This document shows positions 1 to 9,232 of a stretch of DNA of 64,000 nucleotides, piece after piece. Under the pieces are notes generated by a model. That model had not been told where the DNA came from and ran no database searches. It saw nothing but the letters and a program-made list of their open reading frames with translations. The translations under genes and the position numbers were made by a program. Source of the DNA: an uncultured Chloroflexia bacterium (GTDB lineage: Bacteria; Chloroflexota; Limnocylindria; QHBO01). Positions within the stretch are counted from its first letter, which is position 1. Every line of letters starts with the position of its first letter. Where the stretch lies: the NCBI GenBank assembly GCA_963827475.1, contig CAWHAZ010000003.1, forward strand, positions 64,001 through 128,000. Direction: 5' to 3'.

Positions 1-345
1 GGCGAGCCCCGCCACCTCCTCGTCGCGGATGGTCAGCACCGTGTTGCCGCGGGCGAGGAGATCCACGCGCGCCGGCTTGTCCTCCGGCCCGTCGTCGCCC
101 TGCGACAGGCCGAACACGACGAGGTGGACGACATCGTCCAGCCGCATGAGGTCCGGCCGATCCGCGTCACCGGTCACGCGCTCGGAGGCGTTGCCGAATT
201 CGAGCGCCGTGAGGGCTTCGGAAATGGATTCGTCGCGCGCCACGTCGACCCACAGCAGCTCGCGGCGTCCCGGTGAGCGGGGGAGGTCGTGGAGGTCCTC
301 GATCTGTTCCTCATGCTGGCCGGCACGGAACAGGCGGGCGATCAC
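1..345 (-). CDS. CorA-family divalent cation transporter, N-terminal part (runs off window edge)
   Basis: Not in the ORF track. Manual translation from GTG at 345 gives MIARLFRAGQHEEQ...LLWVDVARD...VHLVVFGL...VDLLARGNTVLTIRD, open to position 1, resembling the CorA cytoplasmic domain. TACCCT -10-like hexamer 6 nt upstream. Confidence 0.6.
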   Translation of the reverse strand, partial: MIARLFRAGQHEEQIEDLHDLPRSPGRRELLWVDVARDESISEALTALEFGNASERVTGDADRPDLMRLDDVVHLVVFGLSQGDDGPEDKPARVDLLARGNTVLTIRDEEVAGLA

Positions 346-361
346 CGGTGCAGGGTACCTG

Positions 362-1618
362 TCAGGCGGGTTCGGCGGCCTGGATCGGGTCTGACGGCGC
401 TCGCTCCCGGCGTGCTAGGAACGAGAACGGGATGACCGCCGCGCTGATGATCCCGGCGAACACGTACGAGGTCGCATAGCCGAACACGTCCGCGGATCGC
501 CCGAGCAGCGGCTGCGCCACGACGCCACCAGCCGATCCCATGAGGGAGTCGAACGAGAGCACCGTCGCCCGCTGGTTGGACGGGATGACGCCGTTGATGA
601 ACGCCTGCTGCAGCGGTGAAACGAGCGCCAGGCGAGATGCACCAGGCTGCGAGCAGGGCGAGGGCGGCAACGAACTGGACGTCAAAGACCGATGACGTAC
701 CAGCAGGAGAGACGAGGCAATGGCGCCTCAGGATCAGGGCGTCCGTTCGACGGCGGAAGAAGCGGCGGAACCACGGGACGAGGGTCCCGCCCAGGATCTG
801 GGCGCCGGCGACCATCGCCGCCGCCAGGCCGGCGACGCCGTAGGCGGTCGGGATCGCCGAACAGCTCGAGGAGATAGGGCTGCATCGCGTAGAAGGCGTA
901 GATGCCTACGCCGGCGCTGAACGGCGCCGCGAGCATCAGCCAGCGGACGGGCGGGTTGCGGAGGCCGCCGTCGATGGCCCCGCTCACGACGTTCCGGACG
1001 GCCCCGATCGGGCTCGCGCCGCGCTGCGGCGTGAAGCCGATATCGCGCATGAACCACCAGGCGACAACGAAGGTCACGCCGAGCATCACGGCGCGAATGA
1101 TGTACGGCACGCCGAGGTTCGTGAGCTGGGCCACGAAACCACCCAGGACGGATCCACTGAGCATCGCCGCCCCCGCCAACGATCTGGGCCCGGGCGAAGA
1201 CCGACTCGAGGTTGCCGGTGAAATCGGAGGCGTGGAGGGCGTCGACCAGCCAGGCCTCCGTGGCGCCCGAGAAGAACGTGAACCCGAGCCCCAACAGGGC
1301 GGATGCGATCGCCCAACCCCAGAACGGCGCGTCGATATTCCACATCAGCAGATAGAGGAGGGTGGACACGAGGAGGGTGCCTGCCCCGAGGAGGAAGGAG
1401 AACCGACGGCCACGGGTATCGGCCACGACCCCGGTGGGCACCTCGAAGATGACCTGGCCGAGGGTGAAGAAGGCGTTCGCCGTAAAGGCCTCCGTGTTGC
1501 TCAGGCCCGCGTCGAGCAAGAAGAGGGTATTGATCCCCCAGATGAACGACGCGGCGAGCGTCGTCAGCAGGGTCAGGACCAGGAAGGTGCGCTGGACGAC
1601 GCGGGCCTGATCGGTCAC
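362..1618 (-). CDS. MFS transporter (frameshifted; probably sequence errors)
   Basis: MFS motif A-like EVPTGVVADTRGRRFS, FFSGATEAWLVD and C-terminal IPSNQRATVLSFDS. The protein is split over 4 ORFs (shifts near 1170, 850 and a garbled 600-720 stretch). Confidence 0.8.
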
Positions 1619-1658
1619 CGCGTCACGGTACCCGACCGCTCCGTGACCCGCCCGAGGC

Positions 1659-2648
1659 TCAGAAGGTGATCACGACCTTGCCCCGGGCCCGTCCCTCGTC
1701 GACGTACCGGAGCGCCTCGACCACCTCGCTCAACGGATACACCCGGTCGATGACCGGCTTCACCTTTCCGCTTGCCACCAGCTCGAGCAGCGTCGCGACG
1801 TCGTCCGCGTCGAACGGCTTCCACCACAGTAGGAGGCCGCTCCACCGGTCGCTGAACCGCGAGATCATCGGTCCGATCACCAGCGCGCTGAAGATCGGCA
1901 GGGTGTCCCCGCCCAGGGTGACGTAGACCCCACCCGGGGCGAGTGCCCGGCGGATGGCGAAGATCGAATGGTGCGAGTCGGTGTCCACGATCCAGTCGTA
2001 CCGCTCCCCGTTCCGGGTGTAGTTCACTTGCGTGTAGTCGAGCACGTGGTCCGCGCCGAGCGACCGGACGAGGTCCACCTTTGAGGTCTGACACACCCCG
2101 GTCACCTCCGCCCCCCACGCCCTGGCGATCTGGACCGCAAACGGACCGACATTGCCCGATGCGCCCCCGATGAGCACCCGGTCACCCGGGCCCACCGTTC
2201 TCCCGTTTCGCCGTCTCAGTCCCTGGAGCGCGAGGATCGCGGAGTGCGGCAGCGTAGCCGCCTCTTCGAACGTCATGCCTGCCGGTTTCCGGGCAAACAC
2301 CCGCTCGGAAGCACACGCGTACTCGGCGAACGCCGTCTGGCTGGCGAACAGGTCCCCGAACACCTCATCCCCAGGCCGGAATCGGGCGGCGGTCGACCCG
2401 ACGGCCTCCACGACCCCGGCGGCGTCGATGCCGACGCGCCGAATCTTTGGCGCCCGCAGACCGATGAACAGGCGAACGAATCCCGGCCGTGGACGTATCC
2501 CATCGAGATCGGCGCGGTTGACCGATGCGGCACGTACGCGAACGAGAATCTCGTCGTCTACTGGCACCGGGCGTTCGATCTCCCGCAGCTCGACGACGTC
2601 CGGCGAGCCATATCGGTCCTTGAACGCCGCCTTCATCAAGGGGGCCAT
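1659..2648 (-). CDS. NAD(P)-dependent MDR-family (quinone/alcohol) oxidoreductase
   Basis: MKAAFKDRYGSPDVV..VRVRAASVNRAD, Rossmann VLIGGASGNVG, C-terminal GRARGKVVI. Confidence 0.9.
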   Translation of the reverse strand: MAPLMKAAFKDRYGSPDVVELREIERPVPVDDEILVRVRAASVNRADLDGIRPRPGFVRLFIGLRAPKIRRVGIDAAGVVEAVGSTAARFRPGDEVFGDLFASQTAFAEYACASERVFARKPAGMTFEEAATLPHSAILALQGLRRRNGRTVGPGDRVLIGGASGNVGPFAVQIARAWGAEVTGVCQTSKVDLVRSLGADHVLDYTQVNYTRNGERYDWIVDTDSHHSIFAIRRALAPGGVYVTLGGDTLPIFSALVIGPMISRFSDRWSGLLLWWKPFDADDVATLLELVASGKVKPVIDRVYPLSEVVEALRYVDEGRARGKVVITF

Positions 2649-2765
2649 GGTCGTTCAGACCCTACTCCGGGTGCCGCACGGGCTGCCGGGGCACGAGTCT
2701 GAGGACCTCGCGCGCCACCTGCGGCGGATCGAGCAGGCGCCGTCCTGATGGCGTAGCGTTGGGCC

Positions 2766-3236
2766 GTGAGCCGGGACGTCGAGGATCAGAACCGGAGCCT
2801 CCTGCGCGCCCGCGACGCCATGGACCGCGCGTACGCCGAGCCACTCGACATCCGCGCGGTGGCCGCGGTGGCCCATGTCTCCCCCGCGCACTTCATCCGC
2901 AGCTTCCGCGCCGTCTTCGGGGAGACGCCACATCGGTACCTCCAGCGGAGACGGGTCGAGCGCTCGATGTTCCTCCTGCGCGAGACCAATCGCAGCGTCA
3001 CCGACATCTGTCTCGACGTTGGCTTCAACAGCCTGGGGACGTTCAGCCGCACGTTTCGGGAGATCGTGGGTGAGACGCCCTCGGCCTACCGAGAGGGGCA
3101 CGGACCGATGATTGCGCCCAACTGCTTCCAGATGGCGGCCACCCGGCCGTGGGCCGCTCCCCGTCCAGCCCCGCGGGTCACGCCGCAATCGAGCAGTTTT
3201 GGAGAAGCGGCCGAGCCTGCCGCTGCCGTAGCGTGA
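2766..3236 (+). CDS. AraC-family transcriptional regulator (HTH only, no sensor domain)
   Basis: LLRARDAMDRAYAEPLD..SPAHFIRSFRAVFGETPHRYL..SVTDICLDVGFNSLGTFSRTF. Confidence 0.92.
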   Translation: MSRDVEDQNRSLLRARDAMDRAYAEPLDIRAVAAVAHVSPAHFIRSFRAVFGETPHRYLQRRRVERSMFLLRETNRSVTDICLDVGFNSLGTFSRTFREIVGETPSAYREGHGPMIAPNCFQMAATRPWAAPRPAPRVTPQSSSFGEAAEPAAAVA

Positions 3237-3271
3237 CGGCATCCCCGTAGGAACCCTGCAAGGAGAACGAC

Positions 3272-3748
3272 ATGGCTGAGAAGCGGACGGCGACGAAGGC
3301 TGCGAAAAAGCCGACCAAGCGCACGGACGACGCCGTCACTCAATGGACCGACGAAGAAATCGCCGCGATGCAGGAGCACGCCAGGGAGCTGAAGAAGGCC
3401 AAGACCGGCAAACCAGACGGTGAGAGTGACCTGCTCGCGAAGATCGCCGAGATGCCGGACTCGGATCGGGCCATCGCCGAACGGATCCACGCGGTCATCA
3501 CCGCCGCTGCGCCCGACCTCGCGCCGAGGACCTATTACGGGATGCCCGCCTATGCCAAGGACGGCAAGGTCCTCTGCTTCTTCCAGCCCGCGGCGAAGTT
3601 CAAGGCGCGGTACGCGACTCTGGGCTTCGAAGGCGGCGCGAACCTCGACGACGGCACGATGTGGCCGACGTCGTGGGCGCTGACGAAGCTGACGCCGGCC
3701 GTCGAGGCGAAGATCGCCGCCCTCGTGAAGCAGGCGGTGAGCAAATGA
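3272..3748 (+). CDS. DUF1801/YdhG-like protein
   Basis: [49 protein letters not shown]; RBS AAGGAG upstream. Confidence 0.85.
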   Translation: MAEKRTATKAAKKPTKRTDDAVTQWTDEEIAAMQEHARELKKAKTGKPDGESDLLAKIAEMPDSDRAIAERIHAVITAAAPDLAPRTYYGMPAYAKDGKVLCFFQPAAKFKARYATLGFEGGANLDDGTMWPTSWALTKLTPAVEAKIAALVKQAVSK

Positions 3749-4179
3749 CCACCAAGCTCGCCGTCACATCGGTCAAGGTCCTCGACCAGGAGGAGGCGCT
3801 CGACTTCTATGTCAACAAGCTCGGGCTGGAGAAGGCCCAGGACATCAGGCAGGGCCCGTTCCGCTGGCTGACCGTGCGGTTTCCCGACAACCCCGACGTC
3901 GAGATCTTCCTGGAGGAGCCCGGTCCGCCGGTCCACGACGAGGCCACCGCGGCACAGCTGCGTGAGCTCATCACCAAGGGGGCCATGGGCTCGCTGGTGT
4001 TCTACACCGACGACGCGCACGGCCTGTACGAAACGCTCAAGGAGCGCGGCGTGACCGACTTCACCCAGGAGCCGATCGAGCACGGCTACGGCATCGACCT
4101 GGGGATCCGGGACCCCTTCGGCAACGCCATCCGGATCCTCCAGCCGGCCAAGGCTGCCCGTGCGGCGGCAACGACCTGA
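3745..4179 (+). CDS. VOC/glyoxalase/bleomycin-resistance family protein
   Basis: [36 protein letters not shown]; ATG overlaps the upstream stop (ATGA). Confidence 0.9.
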   Translation: MTTKLAVTSVKVLDQEEALDFYVNKLGLEKAQDIRQGPFRWLTVRFPDNPDVEIFLEEPGPPVHDEATAAQLRELITKGAMGSLVFYTDDAHGLYETLKERGVTDFTQEPIEHGYGIDLGIRDPFGNAIRILQPAKAARAAATT

Positions 4180-4193
4180 CCGATCCGCCGAGC

Positions 4194-6551
4194 TTGAACG
4201 AGCAGCCGCCCGCCTGGGGCGCCATCCAGATCCGCGGCGCGCGGGAGAACAACCTCCGCGACGTCAGCCTCGACATCCCGAAGCGGCAGCTGACGGTCTT
4301 CACCGGCGTGTCGGGCTCCGGCAAGAGCTCGCTGGTCTTCGAGACGATCGCCGCGGAGTCGCGCCGGCTGATCAACGAGACCTACACCGCGTTCGTCCAG
4401 GGCTTCATGGCCACCCCGGCGCGGCCGGACGTCGACTCGCTGGAGGGGCTGACGGCGGCGATCAGCGTGGACCAGGAGCGGATGGGCGCCAACCCGCGGT
4501 CGACGGTCGGCACCGTCACCGATGCCCACGCGATGCTCAGGATCATCTTCAGTCGCCTTGGAAAGCCGAAGATCGGGCCGGCAAGCGCGTTCAGCTTCAA
4601 CCTGCCGGCTGGATCGGTCGCCGGCACCGTCACCCTCGAGCGCAGCAGCGATGCGCAACCGGAATACCAGGAGCACGCGATCTACGGCGGCATGTGCGCC
4701 GAGTGCGAGGGACTGGGCCGAGTCTCGAGCGTCGACGTCGATGCGCTGGTGGATCGCGATAAGAGCCTCAACGAGGGCGCGATCACGTTTCCGGGGTTCA
4801 AGGTCGGAGGCTGGATGGTGCGGGCCTACGCCGAGTCCGGTCTCTTCCCCGCCGACAAGCCACTCCGCGACTTCACCGACGCCCAGTGGCAGCGCCTCCT
4901 CTATGGACCGGACACGAAAGTCAAGGTCCAGGGCATCAACCTCACTTACCAGGGCCTCGTCGACCGGATCCGGAGGGCGTACCTGGTCAAGGACGTGGAT
5001 TCGCTCCAGCCGAACATCCGGGCGGCCGTGGAGCGGATCGCGACGCACGGTCCGTGCCCGGAATGTGGCGGCACGCGGCTCAACGAGCTGGCGCGCTCCT
5101 CGAAGATCGGCGGCACATCCATCGCCGACGCCGCGGCGATGCAGATCAGCGACCTGGTCGAGTGGGTGCGCGGCATCGACGCGCCGGGCGCGAAGCCGGC
5201 GCTCGAGCAGCTCTCGACCGTCTTGGGCCACTTCGTCACGATCGGGCTCGGCTACCTGAGCCTGGAACGCGAGTCGTCGACGCTCTCCGGCGGCGAGTCG
5301 CAACGGACGCGGATGGTCCGGCACCTCGGCTCGGCGCTGACCGACGTGACGTACGTGTTCGACGAGCCGACGATCGGCCTGCATGCCCACGACGTCCAGC
5401 AGATGAACGGGTTGCTGCGGGAGCTGCGGGACAAGGGCAACACCGTCCTGGTGGTGGAGCACGAGCCGGATGTCATGGCCATCGCCGACCACATCGTCGA
5501 CATGGGGCCGGGCCCCGGTGTTCACGGCGGAGAGATCGTCTACGAGGGCTCGTTCGAGGGCCTGCGGGGATCGGAAACCGTCACCGGCGAGCACCTCGAG
5601 GTGCGCCAGGCGGTCAAGACATCGGTCCGGACGCCCATCGGTCACATCCCGATCCGCCACGCGAGCCTCCACAACCTGCAGGACGTCTCGGTCGACGTGC
5701 CTACCGGCGTGCTGGTCGCCGTCACCGGCGTTGCCGGCTCCGGCAAGAGCTCGCTCATCCACGGCTGCATGCCCCGGACCAATCCATCGGTCACCGTGAT
5801 CGACCAGTCGGCGATTCGTGGCTCGCGACGGTCCAATCCGGCGACCTACACCGGCATCCTGGAGCCGATCCGGAAAGCCTTCGCGACGGCCAACAAGGTC
5901 AAGCCGGCCCTGTTCAGCGCGAACTCGGAGGGCGCCTGCCCCGAATGCAAGGGCCTCGGCATGATCTACACGGACCTGGCGTTCATGGCGGGCGTGGTGT
6001 CTGTCTGCGAGGCCTGCGAGGGACGCCGGTTCAACGACGACGTGCTGGGCTACCGCCTCCGCGGGAAGAACATCGCCGATGTCCTCGACATGTCGGTCGA
6101 GGATGCGGCGGCCTTCTTCACCGAAAAGCCGGTCCGGGTCATGCTCGACCGCCTCCTCGACGTCGGGCTCGGGTACATCACCCTCGGGCAGATGCTGAAC
6201 ACGCTGTCCGGCGGCGAACGCCAGCGCCTGAAGCTCGCGATCGAGATCTCCGGCGACAGCGAGGTCTACGTCCTCGACGAGCCGACGACCGGGCTCCACA
6301 TGCAGGACGTCGACAACCTCATCGGCCTCCTCGACCGATTGGTGGAGTCAGGGCGGACGGTGATCGTCATCGAGCACAACCTCGACGTCGTGGTGCGAGC
6401 CGACTGGGTCATCGACCTGGGCCCCGGAGCGGGGCGCGACGGCGGGCGCGTGATCTTTGAGGGGCGGCCGTCGGAGCTCATCCGCGCCGAGGGGTCGCTG
6501 ACCGGCGAGCACCTCCGGCGTCGCGTCGAGGAGCCGGTCGCGGCGGCTTGA
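4194..6551 (+). CDS. UvrA-like (class II / DrrC-type) ABC ATPase
   Basis: Two Walker A motifs (GVSGSGKSS, GVAGSGKSS), LSGGE signatures and CxxC zinc motifs; at 785 aa it is shorter than canonical UvrA. Confidence 0.9.
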   Translation: MNEQPPAWGAIQIRGARENNLRDVSLDIPKRQLTVFTGVSGSGKSSLVFETIAAESRRLINETYTAFVQGFMATPARPDVDSLEGLTAAISVDQERMGANPRSTVGTVTDAHAMLRIIFSRLGKPKIGPASAFSFNLPAGSVAGTVTLERSSDAQPEYQEHAIYGGMCAECEGLGRVSSVDVDALVDRDKSLNEGAITFPGFKVGGWMVRAYAESGLFPADKPLRDFTDAQWQRLLYGPDTKVKVQGINLTYQGLVDRIRRAYLVKDVDSLQPNIRAAVERIATHGPCPECGGTRLNELARSSKIGGTSIADAAAMQISDLVEWVRGIDAPGAKPALEQLSTVLGHFVTIGLGYLSLERESSTLSGGESQRTRMVRHLGSALTDVTYVFDEPTIGLHAHDVQQMNGLLRELRDKGNTVLVVEHEPDVMAIADHIVDMGPGPGVHGGEIVYEGSFEGLRGSETVTGEHLEVRQAVKTSVRTPIGHIPIRHASLHNLQDVSVDVPTGVLVAVTGVAGSGKSSLIHGCMPRTNPSVTVIDQSAIRGSRRSNPATYTGILEPIRKAFATANKVKPALFSANSEGACPECKGLGMIYTDLAFMAGVVSVCEACEGRRFNDDVLGYRLRGKNIADVLDMSVEDAAAFFTEKPVRVMLDRLLDVGLGYITLGQMLNTLSGGERQRLKLAIEISGDSEVYVLDEPTTGLHMQDVDNLIGLLDRLVESGRTVIVIEHNLDVVVRADWVIDLGPGAGRDGGRVIFEGRPSELIRAEGSLTGEHLRRRVEEPVAAA

Positions 6552-6577
6552 GCCGAGGGTCGCGCGTCAGGGCGAGG

Positions 6578-6652
6578 TGGCTCCGGCGGTAGGATTCGAA
6601 CCTACGACCAAGCGGTTAACAGCCGCCCGCTCTACCACTGAGCTACGCCGGA
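6578..6652 (-). tRNA. tRNA-Asn (GTT)
   Basis: Reverse complement TCCGGCGTAGCTCAGTGGTAGAGCGGGCGGCTGTTAACCGCTTGGTCGTAGGTTCGAATCCTACCGCCGGAGCCA forms a cloverleaf with anticodon GTT and encoded CCA. Confidence 0.97.
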
Positions 6653-6662
6653 ACGCCGGCGG

Positions 6663-6668
6663 ATTATA
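6663..6668 (-). promoter_or_regulatory. -10 element (TATAAT) of tRNA-Asn promoter
   Basis: Perfect TATAAT 10 nt upstream of the tRNA 5' end in a very GC-rich background. Confidence 0.7.
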
Positions 6669-6707
6669 GGCCGATGGGCGGCGAGATCCGGAAATCCAGC
6701 CGGTCGA

Positions 6708-6893
6708 TCAGGCCGACTCGGCGTACTCGGCCGGATGGTCGGAACGGTCCTTCGCCTTCGTCCGCTCCATGATGTCGAGGGTTTCGGCCACCGATCGGCC
6801 GTTTTCCTCGGCTGCCGCTTCGATGTCCTCGTAGCGGATGTTGTGCTCCCCCATCTCGAGGTGAGCCTGCATACAGCCACAGGTCAGGCACAT
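6708..6893 (-). CDS. Small Cys/His-rich hypothetical protein (61 aa, MCLTCGC...)
   Basis: ATG at 6893 preceded by GGAGG; GC3-rich codons; CxxCGC..H..H N-terminus. Confidence 0.7.
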   Translation of the reverse strand: MCLTCGCMQAHLEMGEHNIRYEDIEAAAEENGRSVAETLDIMERTKAKDRSDHPAEYAESA

Positions 6894-6998
6894 CGGTGTC
6901 GCCTCCGAAGTTGCGAGTGCTGTTCGGAGCATGCGCCCCGGGCCGCAGTTGCGGCCTATCGGCCCCCAGGGAACTCCTTGCAGCCGCCTGGCAACGGA

Positions 6999-9230
6999 CT
7001 ACTCCAGGTAGTCCTTCAGCTTGCGACTTCGGCTCGGGTGCCGGAGCTTGCGCAGGGCCTTGGCTTCGATCTGGCGGATCCGCTCGCGGGTCACGTTGAA
7101 GTCGCGGCCTACCTCCTCGAGGGTCCGTGACCTTCCGTCCTCCAGGCCGAAGCGGAGCTGGAGGACGCGCCGTTCGCGCGGTGTGAGCGAGTCGAGCACA
7201 CCCTCCACCTGCTCCTTGAGCAGCTGGTGCGAGGCAGCATCCGCGGGCGCGACCGAAGCCAGGTCCGGGATGAAGTCGCCCAGGTGGGAGTCCTCCTCCT
7301 CGCCGATCGGCGTCTCGAGGCTGACCGGCTCCTGGGAGACCTTCATGATCTCGCGAACCTTCTCCGGGCTCACCGTCTGCGGCCCAGCCGCCTCGCGCTT
7401 GTCGACCTCGGCCTCGGTCGGCTCGCGCTCGAGCTTGTCGCGCAGCTCGCGGACGATCTCGTCGCGGCTCATCCGCCGCGCGATCTCCTCCACCGTCGGC
7501 TCGCGCCCGAGCTCCTGGAGCAGGGTGCGGCTGACCCGGATCAGGCGGTTGATGGTCTCCACCATGTGGACCGGGATCCGGATCGTCCGGGCCTGGTCGG
7601 CGATGGCGCGGGTGATCGCCTGCCGGATCCACCACGTCGCATAGGTCGAGAACTTGAAGCCCTTCTCGTACTCGAACTTCTCGACCGCCCGGATGAGGCC
7701 GATGTTCCCCTCCTGGATGAGGTCGAGGAAGCTCATCCCCCGCCCGATGTACTTCTTCGCGATGCTGACCACGAGCCGGAGGTTGGCCTCGGTCAGCCGG
7801 CGGCGGCCATCGGTGCTCTGCTCGACGAGGCGACCGGTGCGCCGCTCGAGCGGGACCTCCGGCGGGATGGCCGGGTCGTAGCCCATGGACTTCATGTACT
7901 CGGCGTCGTGGCCGGCCTCGATGTAGGCCCGGGTGATCCCTTGTGCGGTTTCACGCGCCCAGCGCTCGAGACCGTACAGCTCTTCCTTCCCGGGCTGTTC
8001 GAGGACCTTGAACCGATAGGTGTGACCGAACAGCACTGCGTCCTTCAGCGCCTGGCCCGGGTCGGTCGCCACCGACTTCAGGAGCGACTCGGCCTCGAGG
8101 ATCCGCTGACGGCCTTCGTCATCGAGTTCCGGGTCACGCCGCGCCTTCGTGAACCGGATGTTCGGCCGCTCGATGAGGTTCTTCTTCCTCTTCACCCACC
8201 AGTCGATCGCGTCGAGCGTGACGTGGGGCGAATCCTGGGGCAGGTCGAAGGCGCGCATGGCGGCCATCGCCCGCGCCTTCGGCTCCGAGTTCAGGGTGAC
8301 CCAGGTGTACAGGTTGGTCATCGCCCGCCCGGGGTCCTCGATCGCCAGCTCCCCGAGCTCGATGGCCTTGGCCAGGACGACCTCCTCCTCGGCGGTGAGC
8401 AGGGCGACCTTGCCGATCTCCTTGAGGTACATCCGGACCGGGTCGTCGATGCCGATCAGGTCGGCGGCGAGCGCCTCGAGGTCCTCCTCGGGTTCCTTCT
8501 CGGCCTTGCCTTCCGCCTCTTCCTCGCCGGGTAGCGAGACGGCGACGTCGTCGGCGGGCTCGCTGAACGTGGGCTGGTTCTCCGCGTCGAAGACCTCGAC
8601 CCCCTGCTCCTCGGCACCGGCGAACAGGTCCTCGACCGCCTCGAGGTTCGTCTCCGGGCTCGGAACGGCAGCCAGAATCTGGTCGTGGGTGATGAACCCG
8701 TCCTCGCGGCCGTGGGACAGGAGATCCTCGACAGCCGACGCCGCTTCCGGCGAAGCCTCGGACGAGATCGGCGTGGACGAGGCCTTTGTGGCCTTCCCCG
8801 ACTTGCGAGCGGCCGGCCCGGTTGGCACCGCGCCCTTGGCAGCGCCCTTCGAGGAGGTGACCTTCGTCGCCGTAGCCGTAGCCGTGGCCGTGGAGCCTGT
8901 GGCCTTGGTGGTCGTGGTCCTGGCCGGGGCCGCCGTCTTCGCCGGGGCAGCCTTTGCCGGGGCAGCAGCCTTCGCTGCAGCTGCCTTGGCGGTGGTCGGC
9001 TTCTCGGTCTTCGGTGCTGCCTTCAGTGTGGCCTTCGTCGCCGCCGACGCGGTACTCACCGCCTTGGCCGGTGGCTTGGCTGGCGCCTTGGCCGAGGCGG
9101 CCCTGGCCGCGGTCGCCTTCATCGGTGCGGCCTTCGTCGCCGCCGTCTTGGCTGACGCCGTCTTCTCAGGTGCCTTGGTTTCGGCCTTCGCGGACTTGGC
9201 CGGCTCACGGGTTGGGGTCTTCACCGCCAC
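6999..9230 (-). CDS. rpoD: Primary RNA polymerase sigma factor RpoD/SigA with Ala/Lys-rich N-terminal extension
   Basis: [81 protein letters not shown]; follows dnaG. Confidence 0.97.
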   Translation of the reverse strand: MAVKTPTREPAKSAKAETKAPEKTASAKTAATKAAPMKATAARAASAKAPAKPPAKAVSTASAATKATLKAAPKTEKPTTAKAAAAKAAAPAKAAPAKTAAPARTTTTKATGSTATATATATKVTSSKGAAKGAVPTGPAARKSGKATKASSTPISSEASPEAASAVEDLLSHGREDGFITHDQILAAVPSPETNLEAVEDLFAGAEEQGVEVFDAENQPTFSEPADDVAVSLPGEEEAEGKAEKEPEEDLEALAADLIGIDDPVRMYLKEIGKVALLTAEEEVVLAKAIELGELAIEDPGRAMTNLYTWVTLNSEPKARAMAAMRAFDLPQDSPHVTLDAIDWWVKRKKNLIERPNIRFTKARRDPELDDEGRQRILEAESLLKSVATDPGQALKDAVLFGHTYRFKVLEQPGKEELYGLERWARETAQGITRAYIEAGHDAEYMKSMGYDPAIPPEVPLERRTGRLVEQSTDGRRRLTEANLRLVVSIAKKYIGRGMSFLDLIQEGNIGLIRAVEKFEYEKGFKFSTYATWWIRQAITRAIADQARTIRIPVHMVETINRLIRVSRTLLQELGREPTVEEIARRMSRDEIVRELRDKLEREPTEAEVDKREAAGPQTVSPEKVREIMKVSQEPVSLETPIGEEEDSHLGDFIPDLASVAPADAASHQLLKEQVEGVLDSLTPRERRVLQLRFGLEDGRSRTLEEVGRDFNVTRERIRQIEAKALRKLRHPSRSRKLKDYLE

Positions 9231-9232
9231 GT

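Noticed and set aside
1-6577. Integrative element at the tRNA-Asn 3' end
   Set aside because: No integrase, transposase or duplicated tRNA 3' end is visible in the window and composition matches the rest; it cannot be supported here.
6920-6985. Fluoride riboswitch (GGAGUUCCC...AUGCUCC resemblance)
   Set aside because: Lacks the GAUG and UGAUGAC..CUAC elements, and the downstream gene is not a fluoride-resistance type.
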